NCBI GenBank assembly: GCA_949291655.1
Contig: CASEWT010000003.1
Location: 1-51,538, forward strand
Reading direction: 5' to 3'
DNA: 51,538 nt
Origin: an uncultured Bacillota bacterium
GTDB taxonomy: Bacteria > Bacillota_I > Bacilli_A > RFN20 > CAG-826
Shown here: piece by piece, positions 36,312 through 44,581 of the stretch
Layout of the letters: each line of letters begins with the position of its first letter
Numbering within the stretch: the first letter of the stretch is position 1
Notes under the pieces: generated by a model
Told to the model about the DNA's origin: nothing
The model's database searches: none
What the model saw: only the letters and a program-made list of their open reading frames with translations
Position numbers and translations under genes: made by a program

Positions 36312-38423
36312 CTATTTGAGGAGCAGCCCTTCCTTCTTGTCGAAGGAGAGAATGTACTTCTTTTCGGTCGAGAGGTTTCCTTCGACGATCTTAGTCGCCA
36401 GGTAAGTCTCGATTTTGTCGGAGATGAACCGCTTGAGGGGGCGGGCGCCGAATTTCGGGGAGTAAGCCGTCTCAAGGACATAGTCGACGATCGATTCGTC
36501 GAAGTCGACCACGTAGTAGCGCTCGGCAAGGCGCTTCCCCAGTTCGGAAAGCATTTTCTTGACGATAAGGCGCTGCATCGACTTGTCGAGCGGATTGAAG
36601 AAGACAATCTCGTCGATCCGGTTGAGGAATTCGGGCTTGAAGGTTTGATGAAGGAGGGGCTCCACCATTTCCCGATGCCCCTCGAGGATGAAGTCGCTCC
36701 CGAGGTTGCTCGTCATGATGATGATGGTGTTCTTGAAGTCGATGAGGCGGCCTTGGCTATCGGTCAAACGGCCTTCGTCGAGAATCTGAAGGAGGAGGTT
36801 GTAGACCTCCGGATTGGCCTTCTCGATTTCATCGAACAGAACGATTGAATAAGGGTTCCGCCTAACCTTTTCGGTCAGTTGGCCCCCTTCCTCGTAACCG
36901 ACATAGCCGGGCGGGGCCCCGATAAGGCGGCTGACCGAGTACTTTTCCATGTACTCGGACATGTCGATCCTGATGATGTTGCTTTCGTTGTCGAAGAGGG
37001 CTTCGGCCAAAGCCTTGCTGACCTCCGTTTTCCCAACGCCGGTCGGCCCGAGGAAAAGGAAGCTTCCGATCGGGCGATTCGGGTTTTGGATCCCGGCCCG
37101 CTGGCGGAGGATGGCATTGGAAACCAAGGTGACAGCCTCATCTTGCCCAATGACCCGCTTCTCGAGGGTCGCCTTGAGGTCGAGGACCTTCTCACGGTCG
37201 CCTTTCTCGATGCGGCTGACCGGGATATTGGTCATCCGCGACACGATTTTGGCAATGAGATCTTCGTCGACCACCTCGTTGACAAGGCGGTCTTCCTCCT
37301 TGCCCTTGCTGGCAACCTGATTCAGGCGCTTCTCCATCTCCGGTATCGTCTGATATTGGAGGCGGGAGGCGTTTTCGTAATCGCCGCGAGCAAAATACGT
37401 CTGCAAATCGAACTTGGCTTTCTCGATTTTGCCTTTGAGGTCCTTGGCATCCTTGATTTCGGCCTTCTCGACTTCCCACTTCTTGGAGAGCTCGTCGAAC
37501 TTGGCCTTGCAGCTTGCGAGGTCTTTCTCGAGGTCTTCGAGGCGGCGCTTGCTCGACTCGTCGGTTTCCTTTTTGAGATTCACCCGTTCGACCTCAAGCT
37601 GGCGCATCTTGCGATTGACCTCGTCTAACTCGACCGGCATCGACTCGATTTCGACCTTGATGGTCGCGCACGCCTCGTCGACGAGGTCAATGGCCTTGTC
37701 GGGAAGGAAGCGGCTCGTGATGTAGCGGTTCGAAAGGACGGCGGCGGCCACGAGGGCTCCGTCGGTTATTTCGACGCCGTGGTAGGACTCGAAGCGTTCC
37801 TTGAGTCCGCGAAGAATAGAGACCGTGTCTTCGACGGTCGGCTCCCCGACCATCACCGGCTGGAAACGCCGTTCAAGGGCGCGGTCCTTTTCGATGTAGT
37901 TGCGGTATTCGTTGAGGGTCGTCGCCCCGATGCAATCGATCTCCCCGCGTGCCAATAGAGGCTTGAGCATGTTCGAGGCATCCATGGCCCCGTCGGTCCG
38001 GCCAGCTCCGACGATCAAGTGGATCTCGTCGATGAAAAGAATGATCTTCCCGTTGCTGTCCTTGATTTTGTTGAGGACGGCCTTGAGCCGCTCCTCGAAC
38101 TCGCCGCGGTATTTCGCTCCCGCCAAAAGAGCTCCCATGTCGAGCTCATAGACTTCCTTGTCCTTCAAAGAGGAGGGAACATCGTCTTTGACGATCCGTT
38201 CGGCAAGGCCTTCCACGATGGCGGTCTTGCCAACGCCCGGCTCGCCCAAAAGGACGACGTTGTTCTTCGTCTTCCGGGCCAAGATCTGGATGACCTTCCG
38301 GATTTCGTCGTCGCGCCCAATGACCGGGTCGACTTTCCCTTTCTTCACGTCTTCGTTGATGTTCCGACCGAACTTCTGGAGGATGTTCTCGTCGTTTTGA
38401 TAATCCATCATTCCGTTATCCAT
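36312..38423 (-). CDS. clpB: Chaperone ClpB lacking the N-terminal domain
   Basis: Two AAA+ modules ([16 protein letters not shown]), a coiled-coil M domain, [10 protein letters not shown] and [13 protein letters not shown]. 703 aa. Confidence 0.93.
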   Translation of the reverse strand: MDNGMMDYQNDENILQKFGRNINEDVKKGKVDPVIGRDDEIRKVIQILARKTKNNVVLLGEPGVGKTAIVEGLAERIVKDDVPSSLKDKEVYELDMGALLAGAKYRGEFEERLKAVLNKIKDSNGKIILFIDEIHLIVGAGRTDGAMDASNMLKPLLARGEIDCIGATTLNEYRNYIEKDRALERRFQPVMVGEPTVEDTVSILRGLKERFESYHGVEITDGALVAAAVLSNRYITSRFLPDKAIDLVDEACATIKVEIESMPVELDEVNRKMRQLEVERVNLKKETDESSKRRLEDLEKDLASCKAKFDELSKKWEVEKAEIKDAKDLKGKIEKAKFDLQTYFARGDYENASRLQYQTIPEMEKRLNQVASKGKEEDRLVNEVVDEDLIAKIVSRMTNIPVSRIEKGDREKVLDLKATLEKRVIGQDEAVTLVSNAILRQRAGIQNPNRPIGSFLFLGPTGVGKTEVSKALAEALFDNESNIIRIDMSEYMEKYSVSRLIGAPPGYVGYEEGGQLTEKVRRNPYSIVLFDEIEKANPEVYNLLLQILDEGRLTDSQGRLIDFKNTIIIMTSNLGSDFILEGHREMVEPLLHQTFKPEFLNRIDEIVFFNPLDKSMQRLIVKKMLSELGKRLAERYYVVDFDESIVDYVLETAYSPKFGARPLKRFISDKIETYLATKIVEGNLSTEKKYILSFDKKEGLLLK

Positions 38424-38465
38424 AGGGCAAAACCTCCTTTGCGAGGCCTACTCTATACCATCTCT

Positions 38466-38492
38466 TTAGCACTCGCAAGTGTTGAGTGCTAA
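38466..38492. promoter_or_regulatory. CIRCE element upstream of clpB
   Basis: Perfect TTAGCACTC-GCAAGTGTT-GAGTGCTAA. Confidence 0.95.
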
Positions 38493-38501
38493 TTATGTCT
38501 T

Positions 38502-38849
38502 TCAGTCGTCAGTTTCGATTTCGACAATCTCGAACTCCGTTCCGTCGATGGTGACGAAATCGTCTCGGGCACCGCATTTCGGGCATACCCGGTCGCTATC
38601 GGCAACAAGAAAAACGAAGCCGCATTTTCGGCAACGGCCGTGGGCTTTCCGCACGTTCAGTTTGAGCAGGCAATCCGCGTAAGGAGTTCCCTCCCTGGCC
38701 GCTTCCCAGCACTCGAGAAGAAAACGGGGAACGACCATCGAAGCCTCCCCCACGTCCAAAGTCACGGAAGAGAGGTGGTTTATCCCTTCCCGTTTCAAGA
38801 GGTCGTCGAGCGTCGACATGAGCTCGAAGCACAAGCCCATCTCGTGCAT
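38502..38849 (-). CDS. hypA: Nickel metallochaperone HypA
   Basis: N-terminal MHE Ni-binding motif and two CxxC Zn motifs (CRKC, CPKC). Confidence 0.93.
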   Translation of the reverse strand: MHEMGLCFELMSTLDDLLKREGINHLSSVTLDVGEASMVVPRFLLECWEAAREGTPYADCLLKLNVRKAHGRCRKCGFVFLVADSDRVCPKCGARDDFVTIDGTEFEIVEIETDD

Positions 38850-38851
38850 GG

Positions 38852-41698
38852 CTAGCGAATCGTTTCCTTCTTGCCGTCTTGGAGTTCAAGGTCGTCTTTG
38901 TTCACGAGCTTGGCCTTTCCCTTGCCGGTGAAGATGATCTTGAGGTTCCGCGAAAGAAGGTGGGGAGCGGCATTGGCCGTCGATTTTTCGTAAACGACGC
39001 CTTGGGCATCGAAGCGGCGTTCAAGATGGATGGCGTCGAATTCGCACCGGGTCGTGCATAGCCCGCATCCGACGCACATCGTCTCGTCGACGAAGGTCCG
39101 GCCGCACTTCAGGCAGCGTCCCGCTTCTTTCTTGACTTCGGCTTCGGTCAGGAGGACGCGGTCGTCTTTCATCTCATCCTCGTCCTTCGACCGCCTCACC
39201 TCGACCCGCGGAGCATTGTCGAAGCCTTGGACGACGACATTGTCCTTGTCGAGCATGTAAGAGGCCAGATACGGATTTTGGGCGCGGCCGATGGTGAGGG
39301 ACTGGCCGGGATGGACACGGCGGTGCATCGATTCGGAAGCCTCGTGTCCAGCTGCAATGGCGTCGATGACGAAACGGGGGCCATAGTGGCAGTCTCCGCC
39401 GGCGAAAACGTCAGGATCGTCGGTTTGCAGCGTCAAACCGTCGGCTTTGATTCGGCCCGAAGCCCCGAGGGCACAGGTAGTGCCGTCGAGCAAGCGCCCC
39501 CATTCGCATTGCTGCCCGATGGCGGCAATGAAATAGTCGCATTTGACTTCCAAAAGGTCGTCTTCGTCGTAAGAGGGGTTGAAGCGATAGTTTTCGTCAT
39601 AAACGGATAAGCACCTCTTGAGGACGGCGTTGCGGAGGACGCCGCGCTCCCCTTGGAATTCCTTGACGCCCCAACCGTTGTGGATGAGGATCCCTTCCTC
39701 TTCGGCCTCCTCGATTTCTTCCTCGGCCGCGGTCATGAGGCTCCGGCTTTCGAGACAATAAAGGTCGACGGCCGAAGCGCCATAACGAAGGGCGGTCCGA
39801 GCGACGTCAATCGCGACATTGCCTCCGCCCATGACGGCCACCCGGCCTCTTAGCCGCGGGGCCTTTCCGAGGTTGACCCCTTTAAGGAAGGCGATTCCGG
39901 AAAGAATGCCTTGGTTTTCTTCCCCGGCCACACCCAGCTTCCGGCTGCCTTGGGCTCCGATGGCCAGATAGAAGGCCTTGAAGCCTTCGTTTTTCAGTTC
40001 CTGAATCGAGACGTTCTTGCCGACCTCGACCCCGGTCTTGAATTCGACCCCGAGATCGCGGAGGACGTCGATTTCAGCTTCGACGACCCGCTTCTCGAGA
40101 CGGAAGGAAGGAATGCCGAGCGTCAGCATCCCCCCGAGGCGGTTCTCTTTTTCGAAGACGGTTACCGCATAGCCTTTCGCCGCGAGGTAATAGGCACAGC
40201 TGAGGCCCGAAGGTCCCCCGCCGATGACCGCCATCTTGATATCGTGGAATTCCGGGTGCTCAATTCGCGGCAAAACCCGGGTCTTTTTGTTCAAATCGAG
40301 TTCGGCAACGTACTTTTTGACCTCGTCGATCGACACCGCGTCGTCGATGCTTCCCCGGGTGCAGGCATCCTCGCAGCGTTTATTGCAAACGCGGCCGCAA
40401 ACAGCCGGGAATGGGTTTTTCTTCTTGATGAGGCGCAGGGCGTCTTCGTAGCGGCCTTGCCGGGCCAGCTCGAGGTAGCCCTCGATGGCAATGTGGGCCG
40501 GGCAGGCGACCTTGCAAGGAGCCGTTCCCGTCTCCGGCATGACATATTCGCGGTTATAGCGGTAATCGGGGTTCCACTTGTCGCTCCCCCACTTGTGGTG
40601 AAAGGCGCTGAGCGGCGTCTTGACCTTGATCGGCTTCTTGTTTTCGAGCCGTTCGCCCAGCTTCAAAGCATTCATCGGGCAGGCTTCGACGCACTCCCCG
40701 CAGGCGACGCACTTGTCGGGATCGATTTTGGAAATGTAGTTGCTTCTAACCATCGTCGCCGTGTGGAAGTACTCGCCCGTCCGAAGGGAAAAGCAAGAAC
40801 AGCCGCAGCAGTTGCACATGGCGTGGGTCGAACCGGGCCCATCGGTATTCGGCATCTCGTGCATGAGGCCGTTGTCCTCGGCCTTCTTCAGAATCGCATA
40901 GCACTCTTCCTTGCTGATGCGGCGGCCGCGCCCGGCATGGATGAAAGCCCGGGCCGCCTCGTTGAACTGGATGCACATGTCGTCCTCGAGATGGCCGCAG
41001 CCCTCGCCCTGGATCCGGCGGGCTACCCGGCAAGAACAAGGGGAAACGCAAATGTCGGTGGCCGTTTCGACATAATGGGAAATCTCTTCGTCGACAGTAT
41101 GCTTCGGGTCGTCCTTGATGGCGCTCTCGATCGGGATGACCCGCATGACGCCGCCGCCGATCGGAAGGTTCCCGGCCAGGGGCATGATGCGCTTGATGGT
41201 GTATTCGTTGAAGGCCTCCGGGATCTCGGGATGGGTTTCGGCGAGTTTGACGTTGTCGACCAGGCACTCCATGATTCCCGGCACGAAAATTGGGATCCAG
41301 TAGCCGCCCTGCTTCTTGTTGTTCTTGTCCGGGCCGACCTCCGGGTCCTCTGGATCGAACATCAAAATCCCGGTCATCGCCAGGGCGCTAAGCATCGGCG
41401 CCGCCTTTTCGACCGGCATCTTGTTCTTCTTGGCGACATCCTCGACCGTATAGTGCTTCCGCAGCTTCATCGAGAGGACGAGTTTGGCCTCTTCGTCGCT
41501 TACGCAGCAAGCGAGGGCATTGTACTCGGGGTCTCCAGCCACGACCTTGACACCGGGTAGCGTCTGGATGTGATTGGCAAGCTTGGTTATGAACTTTCTT
41601 TCTTCTTTCCCGGAGGGCAAAGCGTTTTTGACTGGGCCGTCCTTATAGATGCCTTCGGCATAGTCTTGCTTGTCGACGCGATACTTTTTCTCGTCCAT
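38852..41698 (-). CDS. Multidomain FAD/NAD(P)-dependent Fe-S oxidoreductase (GltD-like core with a Cys-rich N-terminal domain)
   Basis: CSC, MC and CNCCGCSC domain; ferredoxin motif CVACGECVEACP; PCKVACP...CGRVCNKRCEDAC; GGGPSG; GGGNVA; C-terminal RCLKC and CVGCGLCTTRC. Confidence 0.88.
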   Translation of the reverse strand: MDEKKYRVDKQDYAEGIYKDGPVKNALPSGKEERKFITKLANHIQTLPGVKVVAGDPEYNALACCVSDEEAKLVLSMKLRKHYTVEDVAKKNKMPVEKAAPMLSALAMTGILMFDPEDPEVGPDKNNKKQGGYWIPIFVPGIMECLVDNVKLAETHPEIPEAFNEYTIKRIMPLAGNLPIGGGVMRVIPIESAIKDDPKHTVDEEISHYVETATDICVSPCSCRVARRIQGEGCGHLEDDMCIQFNEAARAFIHAGRGRRISKEECYAILKKAEDNGLMHEMPNTDGPGSTHAMCNCCGCSCFSLRTGEYFHTATMVRSNYISKIDPDKCVACGECVEACPMNALKLGERLENKKPIKVKTPLSAFHHKWGSDKWNPDYRYNREYVMPETGTAPCKVACPAHIAIEGYLELARQGRYEDALRLIKKKNPFPAVCGRVCNKRCEDACTRGSIDDAVSIDEVKKYVAELDLNKKTRVLPRIEHPEFHDIKMAVIGGGPSGLSCAYYLAAKGYAVTVFEKENRLGGMLTLGIPSFRLEKRVVEAEIDVLRDLGVEFKTGVEVGKNVSIQELKNEGFKAFYLAIGAQGSRKLGVAGEENQGILSGIAFLKGVNLGKAPRLRGRVAVMGGGNVAIDVARTALRYGASAVDLYCLESRSLMTAAEEEIEEAEEEGILIHNGWGVKEFQGERGVLRNAVLKRCLSVYDENYRFNPSYDEDDLLEVKCDYFIAAIGQQCEWGRLLDGTTCALGASGRIKADGLTLQTDDPDVFAGGDCHYGPRFVIDAIAAGHEASESMHRRVHPGQSLTIGRAQNPYLASYMLDKDNVVVQGFDNAPRVEVRRSKDEDEMKDDRVLLTEAEVKKEAGRCLKCGRTFVDETMCVGCGLCTTRCEFDAIHLERRFDAQGVVYEKSTANAAPHLLSRNLKIIFTGKGKAKLVNKDDLELQDGKKETIR

Positions 41699-41701
41699 CC
41701 T

Positions 41702-42376
41702 TCACTCCTCCTTATAGGCTTCAACAAGCCTCAATAGATAGGCAGCCAGTTCCTCGATCCCCTCGCCCGTTTTGGCCGAAACCGGGAAAAAGCAGGCCTC
41801 GGGATTCAAGCGCCGGATGTTTTCCTTCGCCTGATCGATCGAGAAATCGAAATATGGCAAGACGTCGACCTTCGAGAAAACAAAGGTCGAGCAAACCTTG
41901 AACATCAACGGGTATTTGAGAGGCTTGTCGTCGCCCTCGGGAATCGAAAGGATGTTGAGGCTCGAAACAGCCCCGGTATCGAATTCGGCCGGGCAGACGA
42001 GGTTGCCGACGTTTTCGAGAATCACGAGGTCAAAGCCGTCGATACCGAGGCCTTCGAGCCCCTCTTTCGTCATTTCGGCATCGAGGTGACAGGCTCCGTT
42101 AGTGTGCAGTTGGATGGTCTTTACGTCGGTCTTTTCGCTGATTGTCTCGGCATCGACCGCCCCGTCGATATCGGCTTCCATCACGGCGATCTTCAATTTG
42201 TCTTTGAGCCGATTGATCAAAGAAACGAGAAGAGTCGTCTTCCCGCTCCCGGGTGAGGACATGACGTTAAGAAGATAAACGCCTTTTCCTTTGAGGAATT
42301 GACGAAGTTCCTCGGCCCGCTTTTCGTTATGCGAAAAAACGGATTCCTTGACGCTGATAACCTTGAATCTATCCAT
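41702..42376 (-). CDS. hypB: Nickel-incorporation GTPase HypB
   Basis: SSPGSGKTT, ACH metal site, ENVGNLVCPAEFD, EGDDKPLKYP and SAKTGEG. Confidence 0.95.
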   Translation of the reverse strand: MDRFKVISVKESVFSHNEKRAEELRQFLKGKGVYLLNVMSSPGSGKTTLLVSLINRLKDKLKIAVMEADIDGAVDAETISEKTDVKTIQLHTNGACHLDAEMTKEGLEGLGIDGFDLVILENVGNLVCPAEFDTGAVSSLNILSIPEGDDKPLKYPLMFKVCSTFVFSKVDVLPYFDFSIDQAKENIRRLNPEACFFPVSAKTGEGIEELAAYLLRLVEAYKEE

Positions 42377-42444
42377 GTCTATGCCCCCTCATTGTAGGGC
42401 AAAGAAACGATAATGGCCACTTGGCAAACCGGCCGACGGGCGGC

Positions 42445-43095
42445 TCAAAAAAGCGGTAAATCGGTATACTCATCGACAAAGCGGCAAGCCAAGGAGTAAT
42501 CATCAAATAAGCAGACGCCCGTTTCGGGGGGCCTTGCCTTGACCATGAAAAGGTGGCTTGGCCGTCCGTTATGCTCGAGAAACGCCTTGACGAAATCCTC
42601 GCCATAAGCCCGGCTCATGGATAGGGTATCGTCCTTCGTCGCTGCAATTTCGACGAAGCCGAAAGCTTCCCGGTACAGTTTCGGAAGCGGGGATTTGCCT
42701 TTCTCGCCGGCAAGAATGCAAACCAGTTTCCGCGACCTCTCCGCGGCAAAAGGCCCGATCATAGCGGCAAAGCCCTTCCAGTCTTCGTTGGAGAAAAGAG
42801 ACATCAGCCAGCCCGTGGCGCCGATGGCAAAGCCGGCTTTCCCGTCCTCAAGAAGGAAGCACGAGGCATTTTCGTAGTCGTTGTCCTCGGCCGGCGCCAG
42901 GAAATCGCCATGCAGAAGGTAGGCACGGTTGATCGTGAGGGCCCTAGCAAAAGACGCTCCGCTGACCAATCGGAGTTCTTTTTTCCCTTCCGGGGTCGAA
43001 AGCGCGAGTACCGAAGGCCCGACGGCCAACGACTTAGCCGCGGCAGCCTCCTCGGCCGGAAGGGGCGTTTTGACGTACCAAGCGGGGCAAACCAT
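42445..43095 (-). CDS. Hypothetical protein, possible divergent GNAT-like fold
   Basis: FLLEDGKAGFAI...LMSLFSN...KLVC...LPKLYREAFGF pattern. Start ATG 43095 lies 6 nt after TATGAT. Confidence 0.55.
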   Translation of the reverse strand: MVCPAWYVKTPLPAEEAAAAKSLAVGPSVLALSTPEGKKELRLVSGASFARALTINRAYLLHGDFLAPAEDNDYENASCFLLEDGKAGFAIGATGWLMSLFSNEDWKGFAAMIGPFAAERSRKLVCILAGEKGKSPLPKLYREAFGFVEIAATKDDTLSMSRAYGEDFVKAFLEHNGRPSHLFMVKARPPETGVCLFDDYSLACRFVDEYTDLPLF

Positions 43096-43148
43096 GAGGC
43101 AATCATAGCGGCAAGTATTGCTTTGGGCACGAAAGAAACAATAATATC

Positions 43149-43236
43149 GGTGCCCGGAGCTTCCCCGAGGAGGCTGAGAGGAGCCGATAATGGCGGCTCG
43201 ACGGTACCTGATCCAGGCAATGCTGGCGGAGGTAAC
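43149..43236 (+). ncRNA. TPP riboswitch
   Basis: GGAGC...GCTGAGAG...ACCTGATCCAGGCAATGCTGGCGGAGG core, upstream of a ThiT homolog. The downstream hairpin GAGCCTCC...GGAGGCTTTTT contains the RBS. Confidence 0.92.
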
Positions 43237-43279
43237 CCTTTTTCTTTGGCGAGCCTCCCCGCGAAAGGAGGCTTTTTGC

Positions 43280-44416
43280 ATGGAACATGTCGACACCCCA
43301 ACACCCACAAAGAAAGGATTCGACTACGACGCTTTCCTTAAACGTTGGCTTTGGCTCATTGCCATCGTCTTCGCGGCGATCGTCTTCGTCGGATTGGCTT
43401 TCCCGCAGTTCGAAGCGAACCCCATCGAAGTGACCGGCGGTCCGATTCTCGTCGACGGGGAGCTCACAAACGGATACACCTTCACGCCCTTGGATGAAAT
43501 CGCCATCGGATTCGGAGCGCTTTTCGCCAACGGCGGAAACTGGATGATTCTCTGGCTTTATTTCCTCCCTCTCTTTTCTCTTATTTTGCTTGTCATATCG
43601 CCTTTTTGCGGTAAATATTCCTCGCATCTCGCCCTGACAGCGGCCATCGTGAGCCTTGTCGCCGGCGTCCTCTTCTTCATTTCCCCGACCCTCTTTGCAT
43701 ACGGCGAATGCTGGCAAGCTATCGGAAGCGACATCGCCCTCGATTACGGCGACCCGGGTTTCATTTACCTCGATGCGGCCTCCCCGGCCTTCCTCCCGGG
43801 AGCGGTCGTCATCGCTGCCCTGTCGCTTCTTTCCTCGCTCGTCAGTTTCTCGCTTTCGGCCAACCTCATCAAAATCAGCATCCGCGACATCTCGGAAATC
43901 GGCATCCTCTCGGCCCTGGCCATCGCCCTTCAATTCATCAAGATCCAAGTCGGGGCCGATGGAGGATCGATCAATTTGGGGCTCGTCCCGCTTTCCCTCA
44001 TTGCCCTGCGCCACGGACCCACGAAGGGTTTCATTGCCGGCGGCCTCGTCTATGGCATCATCACCTGCATAACCGATGGCTACGGCTTCCAAACCTATCC
44101 CTTCGACTACCTGATCGGCTTCGGCTCGATTGCCGAGATCGGCTTCTTCTCCAAGCTCTGCTTCAAGGGCGAAGACGGCTGGAATCCGCTTGGTTTCCTT
44201 TACATCTTCCTCGGAATCGTCCTCGCAACCTTGGTAAGGCTCATCGGCTCCACCATCTCCTCGATGGTCATCTACGGATACGATTTGGTGGCTGCCCTTG
44301 CTTACAACGGAGTCTACATCCCGGTCACGGGAGCCGTGACCCTAGCCTGCATGGAGGCCCTATACATACCGATTGCCAAAGTAAACCGAATCTTCCCGGT
44401 TGAGCGATACGCTTAG
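43280..44416 (+). CDS. thiT: ECF-type thiamine transporter S component ThiT with an extra N-terminal membrane domain
   Basis: C-terminal half has ISEIGILSALAIAL, GGSINL, DYLIGF and YNGVYI. TPP riboswitch upstream. Confidence 0.82.
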   Translation: MEHVDTPTPTKKGFDYDAFLKRWLWLIAIVFAAIVFVGLAFPQFEANPIEVTGGPILVDGELTNGYTFTPLDEIAIGFGALFANGGNWMILWLYFLPLFSLILLVISPFCGKYSSHLALTAAIVSLVAGVLFFISPTLFAYGECWQAIGSDIALDYGDPGFIYLDAASPAFLPGAVVIAALSLLSSLVSFSLSANLIKISIRDISEIGILSALAIALQFIKIQVGADGGSINLGLVPLSLIALRHGPTKGFIAGGLVYGIITCITDGYGFQTYPFDYLIGFGSIAEIGFFSKLCFKGEDGWNPLGFLYIFLGIVLATLVRLIGSTISSMVIYGYDLVAALAYNGVYIPVTGAVTLACMEALYIPIAKVNRIFPVERYA

Positions 44417-44484
44417 AAAGAGAAGGAAAACAACCCTCCTGCCTGCGCGCGGGAGTTTTATTTTTGACCATGCGACGCGCATAT

Positions 44485-44557
44485 CGGAAGCGCTTACATC
44501 TCGTTATTGACAAGGTATTTTCTAGCCTTCTATCATGTAATCAACTTAAACGCTTAA
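44485..44557 (+). promoter_or_regulatory. Promoter with flanking LacI/cre-like operators
   Basis: TTGACA (44507)-18-TATCAT (44531). CGGAAGCGCTTACA at 44485-44498 and TTAAACGCTTAA at 44546-44557. Confidence 0.6.
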
Positions 44558-44581
44558 GTATTAAGCAACAGGAGGTTAAGC

